DNA of 64,000 nucleotides, from positions 1,440,001 through 1,504,000 of the forward strand of contig OZ242260.1 in assembly GCA_965207065.1 (NCBI GenBank). The letters run 5' to 3'. A model generated the notes under the pieces. The model did not search any database. It was not told where the DNA came from and saw only the letters and a list, made by a program, of their open reading frames with translations. This DNA is from a bacterium. Its GTDB lineage: Bacteria; UBA8248. Below are positions 1-10,476 of this stretch, in pieces. Both the position numbers and the translations under genes were made by a program. Position 1 is the stretch's first letter. Each line of letters opens with the position of its first letter.

Positions 1-663
1 TTAGCGGCGAGAACCGACCTCAGTAAAAACTTGAGGGAGGGCTTAACCGGCTTTCTGGTTCCAAGAGAGACTCCCGGCATATCGATAGGCGAGGTGCATG
101 AAAAAATTGGCCAGCGCCTTTCGATGAATTCAGAAATTTTCTATGAAGACATCGAGATCCCCGAAAACCATATTATCTTAGGTGAAGGAAACATGTTCGA
201 GATCAGGGGCAATCTCCTGTCGATGGGGAAACCGGAAGCAGCCGCTACAGCCTTGGGAGTTGGACGAGCCGCGTTCGAGAAAGCGCTGGCTTACAGCCGC
301 GAACGTGTCCAGGGCGGTAAGCCTATCGGCCAGCATCAGGCGATAGAAACCATACTCGCCGATATGGCGATGAATCTGGACATTGCGCGCACATATATCT
401 GGCGCACCGCCTGGGCGGTGGACCATCAAAAGCCATATGATTTCACGCAAGGATGGAAATGCAAAGTTTTCGCTTCGGAGGTCGCCTTTGATTGCGCGCG
501 CCTGGGCATGGAGGTATTCGGTGGCGCAGGCATCATGCACGACGCTCCCATGGAGAAATACCTTCGGGACGCCAGTACGTTCCTGCATTCAGACGGTACG
601 AATCAGATCTTGCGGTTAAGGACCGGGCAAGCCTATGTGAAAGGAGTGGCCACGGCGTTTTAG
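1..663 (+). CDS. Acyl-CoA dehydrogenase, C-terminal part (gene begins before window)
   Basis: Motifs EKIGQR, AFEKALAYSRERVQGGKPI..HQAI, EVFGGAG..EKYLRDA, GTNQILR. Confidence 0.9.
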   Translation, partial: LAARTDLSKNLREGLTGFLVPRETPGISIGEVHEKIGQRLSMNSEIFYEDIEIPENHIILGEGNMFEIRGNLLSMGKPEAAATALGVGRAAFEKALAYSRERVQGGKPIGQHQAIETILADMAMNLDIARTYIWRTAWAVDHQKPYDFTQGWKCKVFASEVAFDCARLGMEVFGGAGIMHDAPMEKYLRDASTFLHSDGTNQILRLRTGQAYVKGVATAF

Positions 664-686
664 CGGTATGAAAAGGAGAATTTGAG

Positions 687-1238
687 ATGACGCGCCGGGT
701 GGATAAATGGCGGCAGGGTGAATTGTTCCAGAAAGACGGGGAATCGCTGGAAAATCATGTTGCCGAGTGGCTCCAGAAAGTGCGTGCGGAATTCTCCGTG
801 TTTGTATCGGATGAAGGTATTGCGGAAATCAGGATGCTGGATGGTGTGGAAAAGCCTCTCGTGGCGGATCATGCGAGGGAGCAATCAACGCCGTTGAGTC
901 GTCAAGCTTCAAAAGAGATAGAAGAGTATCTGAGGGGCACGCGAAAAAGTTTCAAGTTGAAGGCGGACCTCTCCTCTCTCACGCCTTTCATGATCAAAGT
1001 ACTAAATGAGACGGAAAATATTCCTTATGGCGAGACGCGTTCCTACGGTTGGGTGGCGAATCAGATAGGAAACCCGAAAGCTTCGCGCGCTGTAGGCCAG
1101 GCGTTACATAGAAATCCCGTTCCTCTTGTAATACCATGACACCGCGTCATCGCGGGCTCGGGTGAGCTCGGCGGATTCGCAAGCAGCGTTTCTTTGAAGT
1201 TGGCGCTCCTGTTCCATGAGATGAACCACAAAAGTTAG
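687..1238 (+). CDS. ogt: Methylated-DNA-protein-cysteine methyltransferase (Ogt/MGMT), probable selenoprotein with Sec at TGA 1137-1139
   Basis: IPYGETRSYG..SRAVGQA..RNPVPLVIP-[TGA]-HRVIAGSGELGGF..LKLALLFHE. TGA replaces the Cys of PCHRV and the frame stays open to TAG 1236-1238. Confidence 0.9.
1150..1174 (+). promoter_or_regulatory. Putative bacterial SECIS hairpin
   Basis: Stem CGGGCUC / GAGCUCG with a GGGU apical loop (1160-1163) starting 21 nt after the UGA; lower stem extends over a bulged G. Confidence 0.75.
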
Positions 1239-1287
1239 GACGTGCGGATTTCGCTTGGGCGCATTCTAAAATCTTGGGGGATGGAAG

Positions 1288-1863
1288 ATGTCTGAAAAGA
1301 TGAATGATTTTATCAACCAGGTTCGCGAAATTGTAAAAACAGGCGGTACCGAAGAAGAAGTAACTGCTCGAGTAGCGGTGGTTCTTGAACCGATTTTGGA
1401 TGAGCCGAACCTCTTGAGTGCCGACCAACTGTTAGTGAAAAAAGAAGGATTTACGCTCAACCGGATTCATGTCGAACCGGATGAGAGTTTCTCTATAGGC
1501 GCCGGCATATGGGATGTGGGTCAGACCACCCCGATTCATGATCATGGCACATGGGGGGTAATAGGCATATACCGTGGAATGGAGAACGAAGAGAGTTTTT
1601 TGCGTGAAGGTCCGCGCGAAGAGGGCGCTCGCGTAAATCTCAAGCCGCAGGGGAAACGCCTGGCAGGGCCTGGGGATGTTTTCGTCTGCTGTACGAAGGA
1701 CCAGGATGTGCACCGTGTTAGCTGTGCTTCGCCTGAGCCTGTTGTGGGCATTCATGTCTATGGTGATGATCTCGCCAAGCTAACGCGCTATAAATATGAG
1801 GAATCAACCGGCGAGGTGAACTTGTTTGTCACAGGTTGGGATTACGCGAAACAATCCGTTTGA
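1288..1863 (+). CDS. Cysteine/3-mercaptopropionate dioxygenase family cupin
   Basis: W..GQTTPIHDHGTWG, DVHRV, IHVYG motifs. Confidence 0.85.
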   Translation: MSEKMNDFINQVREIVKTGGTEEEVTARVAVVLEPILDEPNLLSADQLLVKKEGFTLNRIHVEPDESFSIGAGIWDVGQTTPIHDHGTWGVIGIYRGMENEESFLREGPREEGARVNLKPQGKRLAGPGDVFVCCTKDQDVHRVSCASPEPVVGIHVYGDDLAKLTRYKYEESTGEVNLFVTGWDYAKQSV

Positions 1864-1976
1864 TTTCTAAAACCAGGCGTGCGGATCACTGAAGTCACTC
1901 GATGATTTTTTCTGGAAAATCATCAACGAACGACTGCCCTGCAAAGATCAGCGTTTAGTTGAAACTATCACCCTAT

Positions 1977-2681
1977 CTACCAAGGCATGGGATTTCTGTC
2001 CTGGAAGTACCCACCGGTAGGCCCGTCCTTCGGCAATAAAGCGAGCCATACGGGCGTATCCGCTCCCTCGTCTATTGATTTTGAGGCGCCCCGACCGCCC
2101 ATGTCGGTTCTCACCCATCCTGGATGGCAACAATTGACCAACACGCCGGTTCCCTGGAATTCACTGGCCAGTACTTTCGTCATCGCATTCAGTGCGGTTT
2201 TTGTGATTCTGTATGCGGGAGAGCCTCCTCCCATGCTGGCGAGAGAGCCCATGCCGCTTGAGACGTTCACGATTCTACCTGCTGAGCTTTTTTTCAGAAG
2301 AGGGGCCAGGGCCTGGCACAGCATGAGAGGGCCATAGAGGTTGGTTTCCATCATTTCGCGGACTATTTCGACGGGAACGTCCAACCCCATCATACCGGCA
2401 TCTTTTCTGATAGCCGCGTTGTTGATCAGGATATCCAGATGACCGAATTCATTGGTCAAAAAGCTGGCTAGCGAATCAATGCTGTTCCGGTCGGTGACAT
2501 CTAGGGGATGGAATATTACTTCCAGCCCTTCTTTTTTCAGCTGTTCTTCAGCGGTTTCACCCTTGGAGGCATCTCGCGCTGTCAGGATAGTTTTGACCCC
2601 TTGCTCTGTCAGCGCCCGGCAAATCCCGAAACCAATGCCCTTGTTGCCGCCTGTTACGACGGCGATTTTCTCGTCAGGCAA
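1977..2681 (-). CDS. SDR, carbonyl-reductase-like
   Basis: TGGNKGIG, LINNA, YRITK, PGWVRTDMGG. Confidence 0.9.
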   Translation of the reverse strand: MPDEKIAVVTGGNKGIGFGICRALTEQGVKTILTARDASKGETAEEQLKKEGLEVIFHPLDVTDRNSIDSLASFLTNEFGHLDILINNAAIRKDAGMMGLDVPVEIVREMMETNLYGPLMLCQALAPLLKKSSAGRIVNVSSGMGSLASMGGGSPAYRITKTALNAMTKVLASEFQGTGVLVNCCHPGWVRTDMGGRGASKSIDEGADTPVWLALLPKDGPTGGYFQDRNPMPW

Positions 2682-2773
2682 CTTTCATCTCCCTTGTCTG
2701 TATGGATCACTGGTTCATTTCCACTGCGTGTTATAACATACAGGTAAGTAGTCTCACCCGGACATATCCAAGA

Positions 2774-3499
2774 ATGCGTGTTGGAAAGAAACCGTTGAAT
2801 TCAATTCACCTGATCCTGTTCGACGTAGATGGCACCTTGCTTCTAAGCGGAGGCGCAGGGGCAGGAGCGTTGAATTTCGCTTTCGAGCGCATATACGGGA
2901 TCCCAAAAGCAATGCGTCATATTCATCCGCACGGGAAGACAGATGAACTCATCGTTCAAGAGATGTTTACCTCTCACATTGAACGTTGCGGGAGCGAACC
3001 CGAGGTGAAGGCTCTTCTGGAGAAATATGTAGAAATCCTGCCCCGCACAGTCCGGGATTCCAGGAATTTTCACCTGATGCCGGGGATTCCAGATTTGCTT
3101 TCATGTCTTAAGGGCCGAAATGACGTGTTCATGGGATTGGGAACGGGCAATATCGAAGCGGGTGCGCGAATCAAACTCTCTCGCGGCGGGTTAAATAGTT
3201 TCTTTTCGTTCGGGGGTTTTGGCTCTGATGCTGGAGACAGAACGGAGTTGCTGGAAGCAGGATTTCAGAGAGGCGAGCAAATCATTCAAAAACAATTTCC
3301 ATGTAAATCTATTACTCGTTGGGTGATAGGTGATACATGGCGTGACGTCGCGGCGGGTCGCGCATGTGGCGCGAAGACGATGGCCGTGGCCACGGGCGGC
3401 GATTCTCTTTATGAGTTGGCGAGTGCTTCTCCGGATTTTCTTTTTGCTACCCTGGAGGACACGGAGAGATTTTGTGAAATCCTGGACGCGGGTGATTAA
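2774..3499 (+). CDS. HAD-family hydrolase (phosphoglycolate phosphatase-like)
   Basis: LFDVDGTL, GKTD, TGN, GGFGSD, IGDT..DV; start codon uncertain. Confidence 0.85.
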   Translation: MRVGKKPLNSIHLILFDVDGTLLLSGGAGAGALNFAFERIYGIPKAMRHIHPHGKTDELIVQEMFTSHIERCGSEPEVKALLEKYVEILPRTVRDSRNFHLMPGIPDLLSCLKGRNDVFMGLGTGNIEAGARIKLSRGGLNSFFSFGGFGSDAGDRTELLEAGFQRGEQIIQKQFPCKSITRWVIGDTWRDVAAGRACGAKTMAVATGGDSLYELASASPDFLFATLEDTERFCEILDAGD

Positions 3500-3502
3500 G
3501 GG

Positions 3503-4186
3503 ATGAGTGAATCCTTATATCCGGTTGCGCCATGTGAAATCGCCCATGTCTACCGGCAAATTCCCGAGTGGACCATGGGCGAACTCGCCGATTTATCCGA
3601 GGTGCAATTGGATAGGACAGGTGCGGATAATTGGGCGCGTTGGTCCCCAAGAAGACAGCTCAGCCATATGGCCTACATTACGACGAGATGGTTCATGGTT
3701 CTCTACGGCGCTACCCGCCTGCCCTGGCCGGTTGTGGATATGAGCCAATTCAGCACGTTCATCAATACGCGAGATGATGATCGTCGTTTTTCCTCTGAGC
3801 GATATGGGGATATCGAGTGGCTGCATCTGCGTTTATCCGAAGTCTGTGAGGCGGCGGCGATCCAAGTTGAACAGCCGGAAATAAAGCCTTCGGCTGACAA
3901 ATCGCTTTTGTTTGTTTTCACGGACTCATCGGTCGTAGGTGTGAGCGAGGAGCGTGCCGTTGATTTGTGGAATCGGTGCATGAAATGCCACCCGGATGGA
4001 TTTACGATCGACGCTGACTACGCGCATGGATTTCGAGTGACGCCCCTGGCGACTTTGCGTCATGTACTTTGGGATGATTTGATTCACTTGCGCTCCATCA
4101 GGCTCCATCGTGAAGCCTTGGGTTTGTCTCCCGTCTATCCTGATGCACCCGTGGGCGGTTACGCTTCCGCCTATCCGGTTTCTTGA
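3503..4186 (+). CDS. DinB-superfamily-like protein (paralog of 5739-6410)
   Basis: WSPRRQLSHM ... LRHVLWDDLIHL His-triad pattern. Confidence 0.55.
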   Translation: MSESLYPVAPCEIAHVYRQIPEWTMGELADLSEVQLDRTGADNWARWSPRRQLSHMAYITTRWFMVLYGATRLPWPVVDMSQFSTFINTRDDDRRFSSERYGDIEWLHLRLSEVCEAAAIQVEQPEIKPSADKSLLFVFTDSSVVGVSEERAVDLWNRCMKCHPDGFTIDADYAHGFRVTPLATLRHVLWDDLIHLRSIRLHREALGLSPVYPDAPVGGYASAYPVS

Positions 4187-4689
4187 TGAGTTTCCCGCTC
4201 CCATCTCGAGCGAATTTCCTTTTTTGGGTTTTTTTTATCTCATTTGCTTCTTTGGCAGGAGCGCTATTGTTTTTCTCGAAACCTCTATTTCTTGATAAAA
4301 TAGGTGTTAAAGCATCCTTGGCGGCAGAAGCAAAGAAGTTAAGAGGAATGCCTCCAGAGGCCATCGCAAAAAACGTAGGCCAAATACTCAAGAAATACCT
4401 GGACGCTTCAAAGCACACCAGCCGTGCGGATATTCAGGTTTCCGAGATAACACCTGAAAGGTTGTCTGTTGACATTTTGTTGCCATGGGCGGAAGTGAGC
4501 GCAAAAAAAAGAAGACAAAGAGCGGAATTAGTTTGTCGGCTCGGAAGCGATATGCTGGAACATGCGGGAGCAAAGGACACCATTTTCTTGGTGAATCTTT
4601 TACGCATGAGGAGAGACTCGACGACCAGCGAGTCTGTGGGTGCGATGATGTATTCTTCCAAAGACGAAAAATGCACGTGGAAAGAATAG
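4183..4689 (+). CDS. Hypothetical protein with N-terminal membrane anchor
   Basis: ATGA overlap with upstream gene; hydrophobic N-terminus. Confidence 0.6.
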   Translation: MMSFPLPSRANFLFWVFFISFASLAGALLFFSKPLFLDKIGVKASLAAEAKKLRGMPPEAIAKNVGQILKKYLDASKHTSRADIQVSEITPERLSVDILLPWAEVSAKKRRQRAELVCRLGSDMLEHAGAKDTIFLVNLLRMRRDSTTSESVGAMMYSSKDEKCTWKE

Positions 4690-4821
4690 CTTTTTCAGAT
4701 AGCAGGACTTACAAGAAGCCAAATCCATCAAATGCCGACGCCTTTTCTATGCAGAACTCCATTTCTGCTAGACTGGGCAAACATTTTTTTTATTTCTAAA
4801 GTTGAACTAAGGGAGGTGGTT

Positions 4822-5721
4822 ATGGCCCTGAAAACCGTTGCCATCATCAGCCCGGGAGATATGGGACATGCGGTTGGGCGAATGCTGGGTTTGCATGGGT
4901 ATGAGGTGATAACTTGTCTCGCAAACAGAAGCGAGCAGACGAAGCGCTTGGCCGCTGAAGGGGGAATTCGGGATTGCCCGACAATGGCCGAAATGCTGGA
5001 GCGCGCGGATATTGTTTTATCCATCGTGCCTCCGGGTTTCGCCACCCAGGCGGCGGACGAAGTGGCGGAATCCATGTCAGAATCTGGCCATTGCCCCCCA
5101 TACGCCGACTGCAACGCAGTGTCGCCGGAAACGGCGAAAGCTATCGCTAAGCAAATCTCAGATGCCGGAGCGGATTTCATCGATGGTGGGATATTAGGCC
5201 CCCCTCCGAGCGAGACGAGGAGCAACACCAGATTTTACTTCAGCGGCGAGCGGGCGGAGTTGCTTGCGGTATTGGATGGCAAGGGGATTGTGGTTCGCTT
5301 GCTCGGAACGGAAATTGGTCGCGCATCTGGAATCAAGATGTGTTACGCAGCCCTTACAAAGGGAACCCATGCTCTTCAAACTGCCGTAATTACTCTGGCC
5401 GAAGCGCTTGGCCTCACCGAAGAAGTAAGTCATGAGTTTCAAACAAGCCAGGAGGCTTCTTATAAACAGATAGCGTCAAGCGCCCCCCGTCTTCCTGTCG
5501 TGGCGTGGCGGTATATCGACGAGATGAAACAAATTGCGCAGACTTTTGAGGCAGCCGGCGTCACGCCGAAGTTTCATGAAGGAGCGGTTGACATCTATAC
5601 CCACCTCGCGACGACTCCTTTGGCGGAGCAAACCCTGGAGAAGAGGGACAAGAGCTTATCTCCACAACAAGCGGCGGCGGTGTACGCAAAACACTTGCCG
5701 ATGAAAATAGACGACAATTGA
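4822..5721 (+). CDS. NAD(P)-dependent beta-hydroxyacid dehydrogenase-like (6PGD NAD-binding + DUF1932)
   Basis: SPGDMGHAVG, DCNAVSP, DGGILGPPP, ASGIKMCYAALTKG, AWRYIDEM; GGAGG RBS. Confidence 0.85.
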   Translation: MALKTVAIISPGDMGHAVGRMLGLHGYEVITCLANRSEQTKRLAAEGGIRDCPTMAEMLERADIVLSIVPPGFATQAADEVAESMSESGHCPPYADCNAVSPETAKAIAKQISDAGADFIDGGILGPPPSETRSNTRFYFSGERAELLAVLDGKGIVVRLLGTEIGRASGIKMCYAALTKGTHALQTAVITLAEALGLTEEVSHEFQTSQEASYKQIASSAPRLPVVAWRYIDEMKQIAQTFEAAGVTPKFHEGAVDIYTHLATTPLAEQTLEKRDKSLSPQQAAAVYAKHLPMKIDDN

Positions 5722-5738
5722 TGTCTTGAGGGAGCGAT

Positions 5739-6410
5739 ATGCCAGAAGACTTATCCACACAAGGACTGGATGTTTTTCCGGAATACAGAAATATGGCGGA
5801 TTTGTTTCGAGAAGAAACGGACGGGCTTCCGCAGGATTTATGGGAATGGAAGCTGCCAGAGAAGAGTTGGGGAGCTTGGTCGATTAAAGAACAAATCAGT
5901 CACACAGCATGGATCCCGTATCTTTTTTTCCTGGAATTCTGGCCCCCCGTTTTGTATCCGGATTCCTTGCCGCGAGATAAATCTCTGGCGGATCAAGGTG
6001 GAGCGGACAGAATGCTCGATCCCGTCCGGTTTCCTGGTGCGTCCGATGTGCTGGCAGCGCTTGATGACGCGTGCGCCTTGTGTCGGGAGGTTTTATCAAG
6101 CGAGACGCTTGCTACGCTAAGAGATAAGGAATTGCCCAGAAAATATTCGCCGGACAGAACGTGGGCAAACGGAGAGCGAGTGATTGATTATTTTCAAAAT
6201 CTTGTTCTGCCTGCTCATGAGACGGGCTTTCGTAAAGACGAAAACGATCCTTATTTGTATTACCAGACGCTTGAGTGCTCTTTCCGCCACATTTTGTGGG
6301 AATCCTATGTGCACCTGATCACCATTCAGGAGTTCAAGCGAATCAAAGGCTTGCCGATTCATTCAACCGTTCCTAGAGACGGATATGCCGCAATGCTCAT
6401 CTGGGAATAA
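5739..6410 (+). CDS. DinB-superfamily-like protein
   Basis: WSIKEQISH ... FRHILWESYVHL. Confidence 0.55.
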   Translation: MPEDLSTQGLDVFPEYRNMADLFREETDGLPQDLWEWKLPEKSWGAWSIKEQISHTAWIPYLFFLEFWPPVLYPDSLPRDKSLADQGGADRMLDPVRFPGASDVLAALDDACALCREVLSSETLATLRDKELPRKYSPDRTWANGERVIDYFQNLVLPAHETGFRKDENDPYLYYQTLECSFRHILWESYVHLITIQEFKRIKGLPIHSTVPRDGYAAMLIWE

Positions 6411-6480
6411 ATGAGTTCATTCCCTCATATTATTTTGTATTCGTAGTTCTGAATCTTCTTTTCCGAAAAGGAGGTTATTC

Positions 6481-8346
6481 ATGACAACTCCTAGCCGGGG
6501 AATAGGTGCGCTGCGTGAGTATTTATATGGTGAAGATATTGGGCAGGCAAAGATAGAGCCTGAAGGCCCGATCATAGTGGGCAGATTGGGGAAGTGGCGC
6601 ATCATCTACGAAGTTGGCCCGCGCGGAATCAAACGCGACGGGGGTCTTCGCTTCACACCGCCGAATGGGTTCACTACGCCCCAATTCAAGGAAATGACAG
6701 ATCCGGGATATTGCAAATTCCGATGTTCGAATGAAGATGTTGTTTTAGTTCCATCATTGGTTGAACCTGTGCTCGGCTATACTTTCCTTCCGGCCAGCCT
6801 GGAATTGAAGGTTCAGAATTCCTCATTGGTGGAAGGTGATTCCATTGAAATCGAATATGGCTGGACGCCATCCGGCATCCCCGGCGTGCAGGCGCAAGCC
6901 TTGTCCATGTCCGTGGAGTTTACTTTATCCATAGATTCGGCTGGAGAAGGAAACTGGGAACTTCTTTCAAATCCTACGATCTTTGATGTACTGCCCGAGG
7001 AGCCATCCTTCCTTTGGGTTACGGGTCCTGCGCAGGTAGTCACAGGAGGGGGCTTTTCCGTCCGGGCGGTAGTTCGAGATTGCTTTCATAACGTTGCGCC
7101 AAAGGGAGCACCAATCCCGAAACTTCAAATGCCTGATGGGAAAACGGAGTCTTTTCGTCAGGAGTCGCCCGGGGTTTTTATCTGTGAAAATGTGGTTTTG
7201 GGAGCGCGGGGCGTTCATCGGCTGAAGGTCTCGGCGGATAGTTTGCCGGCCGTTCATACGCCACCGATCAAGGTGTTGGATGAAACCCCGGAGCGCATGC
7301 TTCTTTTTGGCGACCCGCATTGCATGAGCGGGTTGTGCGTGGGGGAGTACCCGAGACCATCAACCGCGCGTGAAATCGTGGAGTATGTCCACGCCTATGC
7401 GCGGGATTGCGCGGGTGTGGATTTCGCCGCCTGCACTTCTTTGGCCATGCGGATGGATGAAGCGCAATGGAAAGAAGTCACCGAGGCGGCGAATCGTTTT
7501 TCTGAATCTGGGAATTACGTAGCTCTGCCTGCGTATGAATGGTTTGGCATGCTCGAGCAAGACGGGAACAAGAATGTCTATTTCCTGGATGATCAGGATA
7601 TCCCGAAGCTGGACTCCCGCAGTTCCGACTCCGATCATCCGGAAAAGCTCTGGAAACAACTCGAAAAATTCGAGGGCCGCGTGATGACGATTCCCCATCA
7701 CTCGGTGAGTGCTGTGATTGGTACCCGCTGGCGCTGGCACGACCCGAGGTTTCAGCGCCTCGTTGAAATATATTCCTGTTGGGGGAACTCAGAAGCCAAG
7801 GATTGTGAGAGACCATTAGTTAATCCGGCGCGCTATGAAGGACAAAGCGTGCAGGATGCGCTTGAGAAAGGATATCGATTGGGCATCATCGCCGGATCGG
7901 ATACGCATACCTCTCAGCCTGGGTTCTCGAACCGCTTGCGCCTCAAGAATGCCTGGAGAGGCGGATTGGCTTGTGTCTGGGCGGAGACCTTCGATCGGGA
8001 AGGGATATTCAAGGCCCTTTGGGAGCGGCGTTGCTACGGCACGACAGGCGCGCGGATTATTCTTGAATTTTTCCTGAACGATGCGCCAATGGGTTCAGAG
8101 AATAAATTGGATGAATCTGCCAAGAGAAAACTCATGATTCAGGCTGAAGCTTGCTCCCCCGTTCATAAGGTCGTCATCATCAAGAATGCGAGAGAAATTC
8201 ATGTGGCTGAACCGGGGCGGGAGTCGGTCTCTGTTGAGTGGATCGATCCGAGCGGCAGGGAACGAGAATCGGATTATTATTATGTGCGTCTGATACAGGA
8301 CGATGGAGAAATGGCTTGGTCGAGTCCTATCTGGGTGGATGGCTAA
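6481..8346 (+). CDS. DUF3604/PHP-like metallohydrolase
   Basis: FGDPHCMS, AYEW, IPHH, VEIYSCWG, GSDTH, RCYGTTGARI, YYYVRL.Q.DGEMAWSSPIW. Confidence 0.85.
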   Translation: MTTPSRGIGALREYLYGEDIGQAKIEPEGPIIVGRLGKWRIIYEVGPRGIKRDGGLRFTPPNGFTTPQFKEMTDPGYCKFRCSNEDVVLVPSLVEPVLGYTFLPASLELKVQNSSLVEGDSIEIEYGWTPSGIPGVQAQALSMSVEFTLSIDSAGEGNWELLSNPTIFDVLPEEPSFLWVTGPAQVVTGGGFSVRAVVRDCFHNVAPKGAPIPKLQMPDGKTESFRQESPGVFICENVVLGARGVHRLKVSADSLPAVHTPPIKVLDETPERMLLFGDPHCMSGLCVGEYPRPSTAREIVEYVHAYARDCAGVDFAACTSLAMRMDEAQWKEVTEAANRFSESGNYVALPAYEWFGMLEQDGNKNVYFLDDQDIPKLDSRSSDSDHPEKLWKQLEKFEGRVMTIPHHSVSAVIGTRWRWHDPRFQRLVEIYSCWGNSEAKDCERPLVNPARYEGQSVQDALEKGYRLGIIAGSDTHTSQPGFSNRLRLKNAWRGGLACVWAETFDREGIFKALWERRCYGTTGARIILEFFLNDAPMGSENKLDESAKRKLMIQAEACSPVHKVVIIKNAREIHVAEPGRESVSVEWIDPSGRERESDYYYVRLIQDDGEMAWSSPIWVDG

Positions 8347-8358
8347 GAGGGAGCGGTT

Positions 8359-9540
8359 GTGGCGCAAGAAACGGCGGATGCCGTCGTCATAGGTGGTGGT
8401 GTGATGGGATGTTCCATCGCCTATCAGTTGGCGAAACGAGGATTTGGAAAAATTATCCTTTGTGAACGTGATGGCATTGCGTCTGGTTCCACGGGCGGAT
8501 CCTCGGCGCTGATTCGCATGCACTATTCCAATAAAAGCACCATTCAGATGGCTTGGCGGTCCCTGTTGGCGTTTGAGGAATTCGAGGAATATTCCGAGGG
8601 CGGCCAGGCGGGTTTCATGCAAACCGGATACTTGGTGCTGGCGGATGATTCTCTTCGTGATGGTGTGAAAAAGAACGTGGAGCTTGCGCAATCCCTCGGG
8701 ATAGAGACCCGCTGGATAGAAAGAGAGGATATCTCTCGATACGCCCCATGGGCCCAACTGGGTGATGTTGTTGGGGCGGCATACGAACCGAGAAGCGGGT
8801 ATGCGGATCCACATGGAGTGACTTCTGGATTTGCAGAGGGCGCTAAAAAATATGGTGCGCGAATTCGACAGAATTGTCCCGTGATAGGAGTGAATTTCGA
8901 TAACCGTGGACAGGCGCGAGTAGAGACATCTCGGGATGTCATTGAGACCCCGGTAGTTGTAAACGCTTCCGGGGCTTGGGTGAATAAGGTGGCCGCTCTA
9001 AGCGGACACCGATTTCCGGCGGAGGCCATCAGAGAGCAAGATACTGTTTTTGATGCCGTAGGTAGAGATGGCGAGAGGGTTGAAATTGTAGTCTATGATG
9101 GTCCGACACGCTTGTACTTCCGACCGGAAGGGCGAGATTTACTCCTCATAGGCCGCGACAACATAGAACCCGAGTATGTCGACCCGGATGATTTCAACAA
9201 AAAAGAAGACATGGAATTCGTTCTCGATGTTCTGGAGAGGATGCAAAGGCGTTGGCCGGATTTTGAAAATGCGAAACTTTTCCGCGGCTGGGGTTGCTTG
9301 TACTGCATTACGCCTGACTGGATGCCCATTCTTGATTGTCACCCCGAGATTCCGGGCTACTTCATTTGCACTGGTATGAGCGGCCATGGCTTCAAGTTGG
9401 CGCCCGCAGTGGGAGAGATGATGGCGGAGTTGATCATGACCGGAAGTTGCGAGGAGCCTGATATCAGCGACTATCGCCTGACGCGTTTTGATGAAGGCGA
9501 TTTGATGCAAAGTGTTTTCGGAACTGGCTTTCAGGGCTGA
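8359..9540 (+). CDS. FAD-dependent oxidoreductase (sarcosine oxidase beta/DadA family)
   Basis: VIGGGVMG, TPDWMPIL, GMSGHGFKLAPAVG. Confidence 0.9.
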   Translation: MAQETADAVVIGGGVMGCSIAYQLAKRGFGKIILCERDGIASGSTGGSSALIRMHYSNKSTIQMAWRSLLAFEEFEEYSEGGQAGFMQTGYLVLADDSLRDGVKKNVELAQSLGIETRWIEREDISRYAPWAQLGDVVGAAYEPRSGYADPHGVTSGFAEGAKKYGARIRQNCPVIGVNFDNRGQARVETSRDVIETPVVVNASGAWVNKVAALSGHRFPAEAIREQDTVFDAVGRDGERVEIVVYDGPTRLYFRPEGRDLLLIGRDNIEPEYVDPDDFNKKEDMEFVLDVLERMQRRWPDFENAKLFRGWGCLYCITPDWMPILDCHPEIPGYFICTGMSGHGFKLAPAVGEMMAELIMTGSCEEPDISDYRLTRFDEGDLMQSVFGTGFQG

Positions 9541-9543
9541 GAT

Positions 9544-10323
9544 CTAGGATTTGGGTCTGGGGTACACTTCGATAAGAGGGAATATCTTTTCCGCATTTTC
9601 TTTTAGGCCAAAGAAGACAGGGCCTTCGGCTTTTTCGCCATTCGCCAGTTTCTGGAGATCCAGAGAATGGCCGTCTGGGTGATATGCGCCTCCCCCCACT
9701 TCCTGTAATACGGCGAGGGGGCCCAAGATATCCCAAATTTGGGGTCTATCGACCAGAGCGGCGATGACGCCTCCGGTAGCCGCGTACGCCACGTGTGCGG
9801 AAGCGCTTCCATAGGCAACGGATTTTCCTGGATAATCTATTTTGTAAAATCGTTTTCGGGACGAAGGCCCTAGCATGACGGTTTGATTGGTTATTTCCGT
9901 ATCCTTTAGATTCGGGAGTTTCTTCTTGTTTTTGGTGGCGCCATCTCCTTCGAGTGCAAGGAACATCTCATCCACGGCGGGCATATAGAACCCTCCGGCG
10001 AGAGGCTTCCCGTTTTCCATGACGCCGATGGATACGCCCCATGTGGGCAGACCGTTCAGAAACGGATTGGTGCCATCAATGGGGTCAATCGCCCAAAGTC
10101 GGGGGTGCTTCTGGTTTTGCGCTTCTCCGCTTCCGAGTTCTTCTCCAATCACATTGTCGTTCGGGAAAGATGTTTTTAGGCAGGAAAGAATGAATTTTTC
10201 AACTTCGAGATCGGCCTCACTGACCAAGCTCCTGTCTTGTTTCAGAATACCTTTCACATTATGCGTGAACGACAAAGCCAGTTTGCCCGCATCTTTGAGT
10301 GTTTTTTCTATGAATTCGATCAT
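9544..10323 (-). CDS. Inositol monophosphatase family protein
   Basis: SEAD..E, GEE, WAIDPIDGT, WD. Confidence 0.9.
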   Translation of the reverse strand: MIEFIEKTLKDAGKLALSFTHNVKGILKQDRSLVSEADLEVEKFILSCLKTSFPNDNVIGEELGSGEAQNQKHPRLWAIDPIDGTNPFLNGLPTWGVSIGVMENGKPLAGGFYMPAVDEMFLALEGDGATKNKKKLPNLKDTEITNQTVMLGPSSRKRFYKIDYPGKSVAYGSASAHVAYAATGGVIAALVDRPQIWDILGPLAVLQEVGGGAYHPDGHSLDLQKLANGEKAEGPVFFGLKENAEKIFPLIEVYPRPKS

Positions 10324-10476
10324 TGGGCACCAAACATTCCGGTTGCACTGAGCGCGGATACTTCGCTATTGGGAGCAACCTATCTTGTGGCGTGAAAACT
10401 TTCCAGCCCTTTGGGGGAATCTCCCAAATCACTAAACCCAGCACCTATTTTGTTTTGATTAGGATAAGATTTGCGC

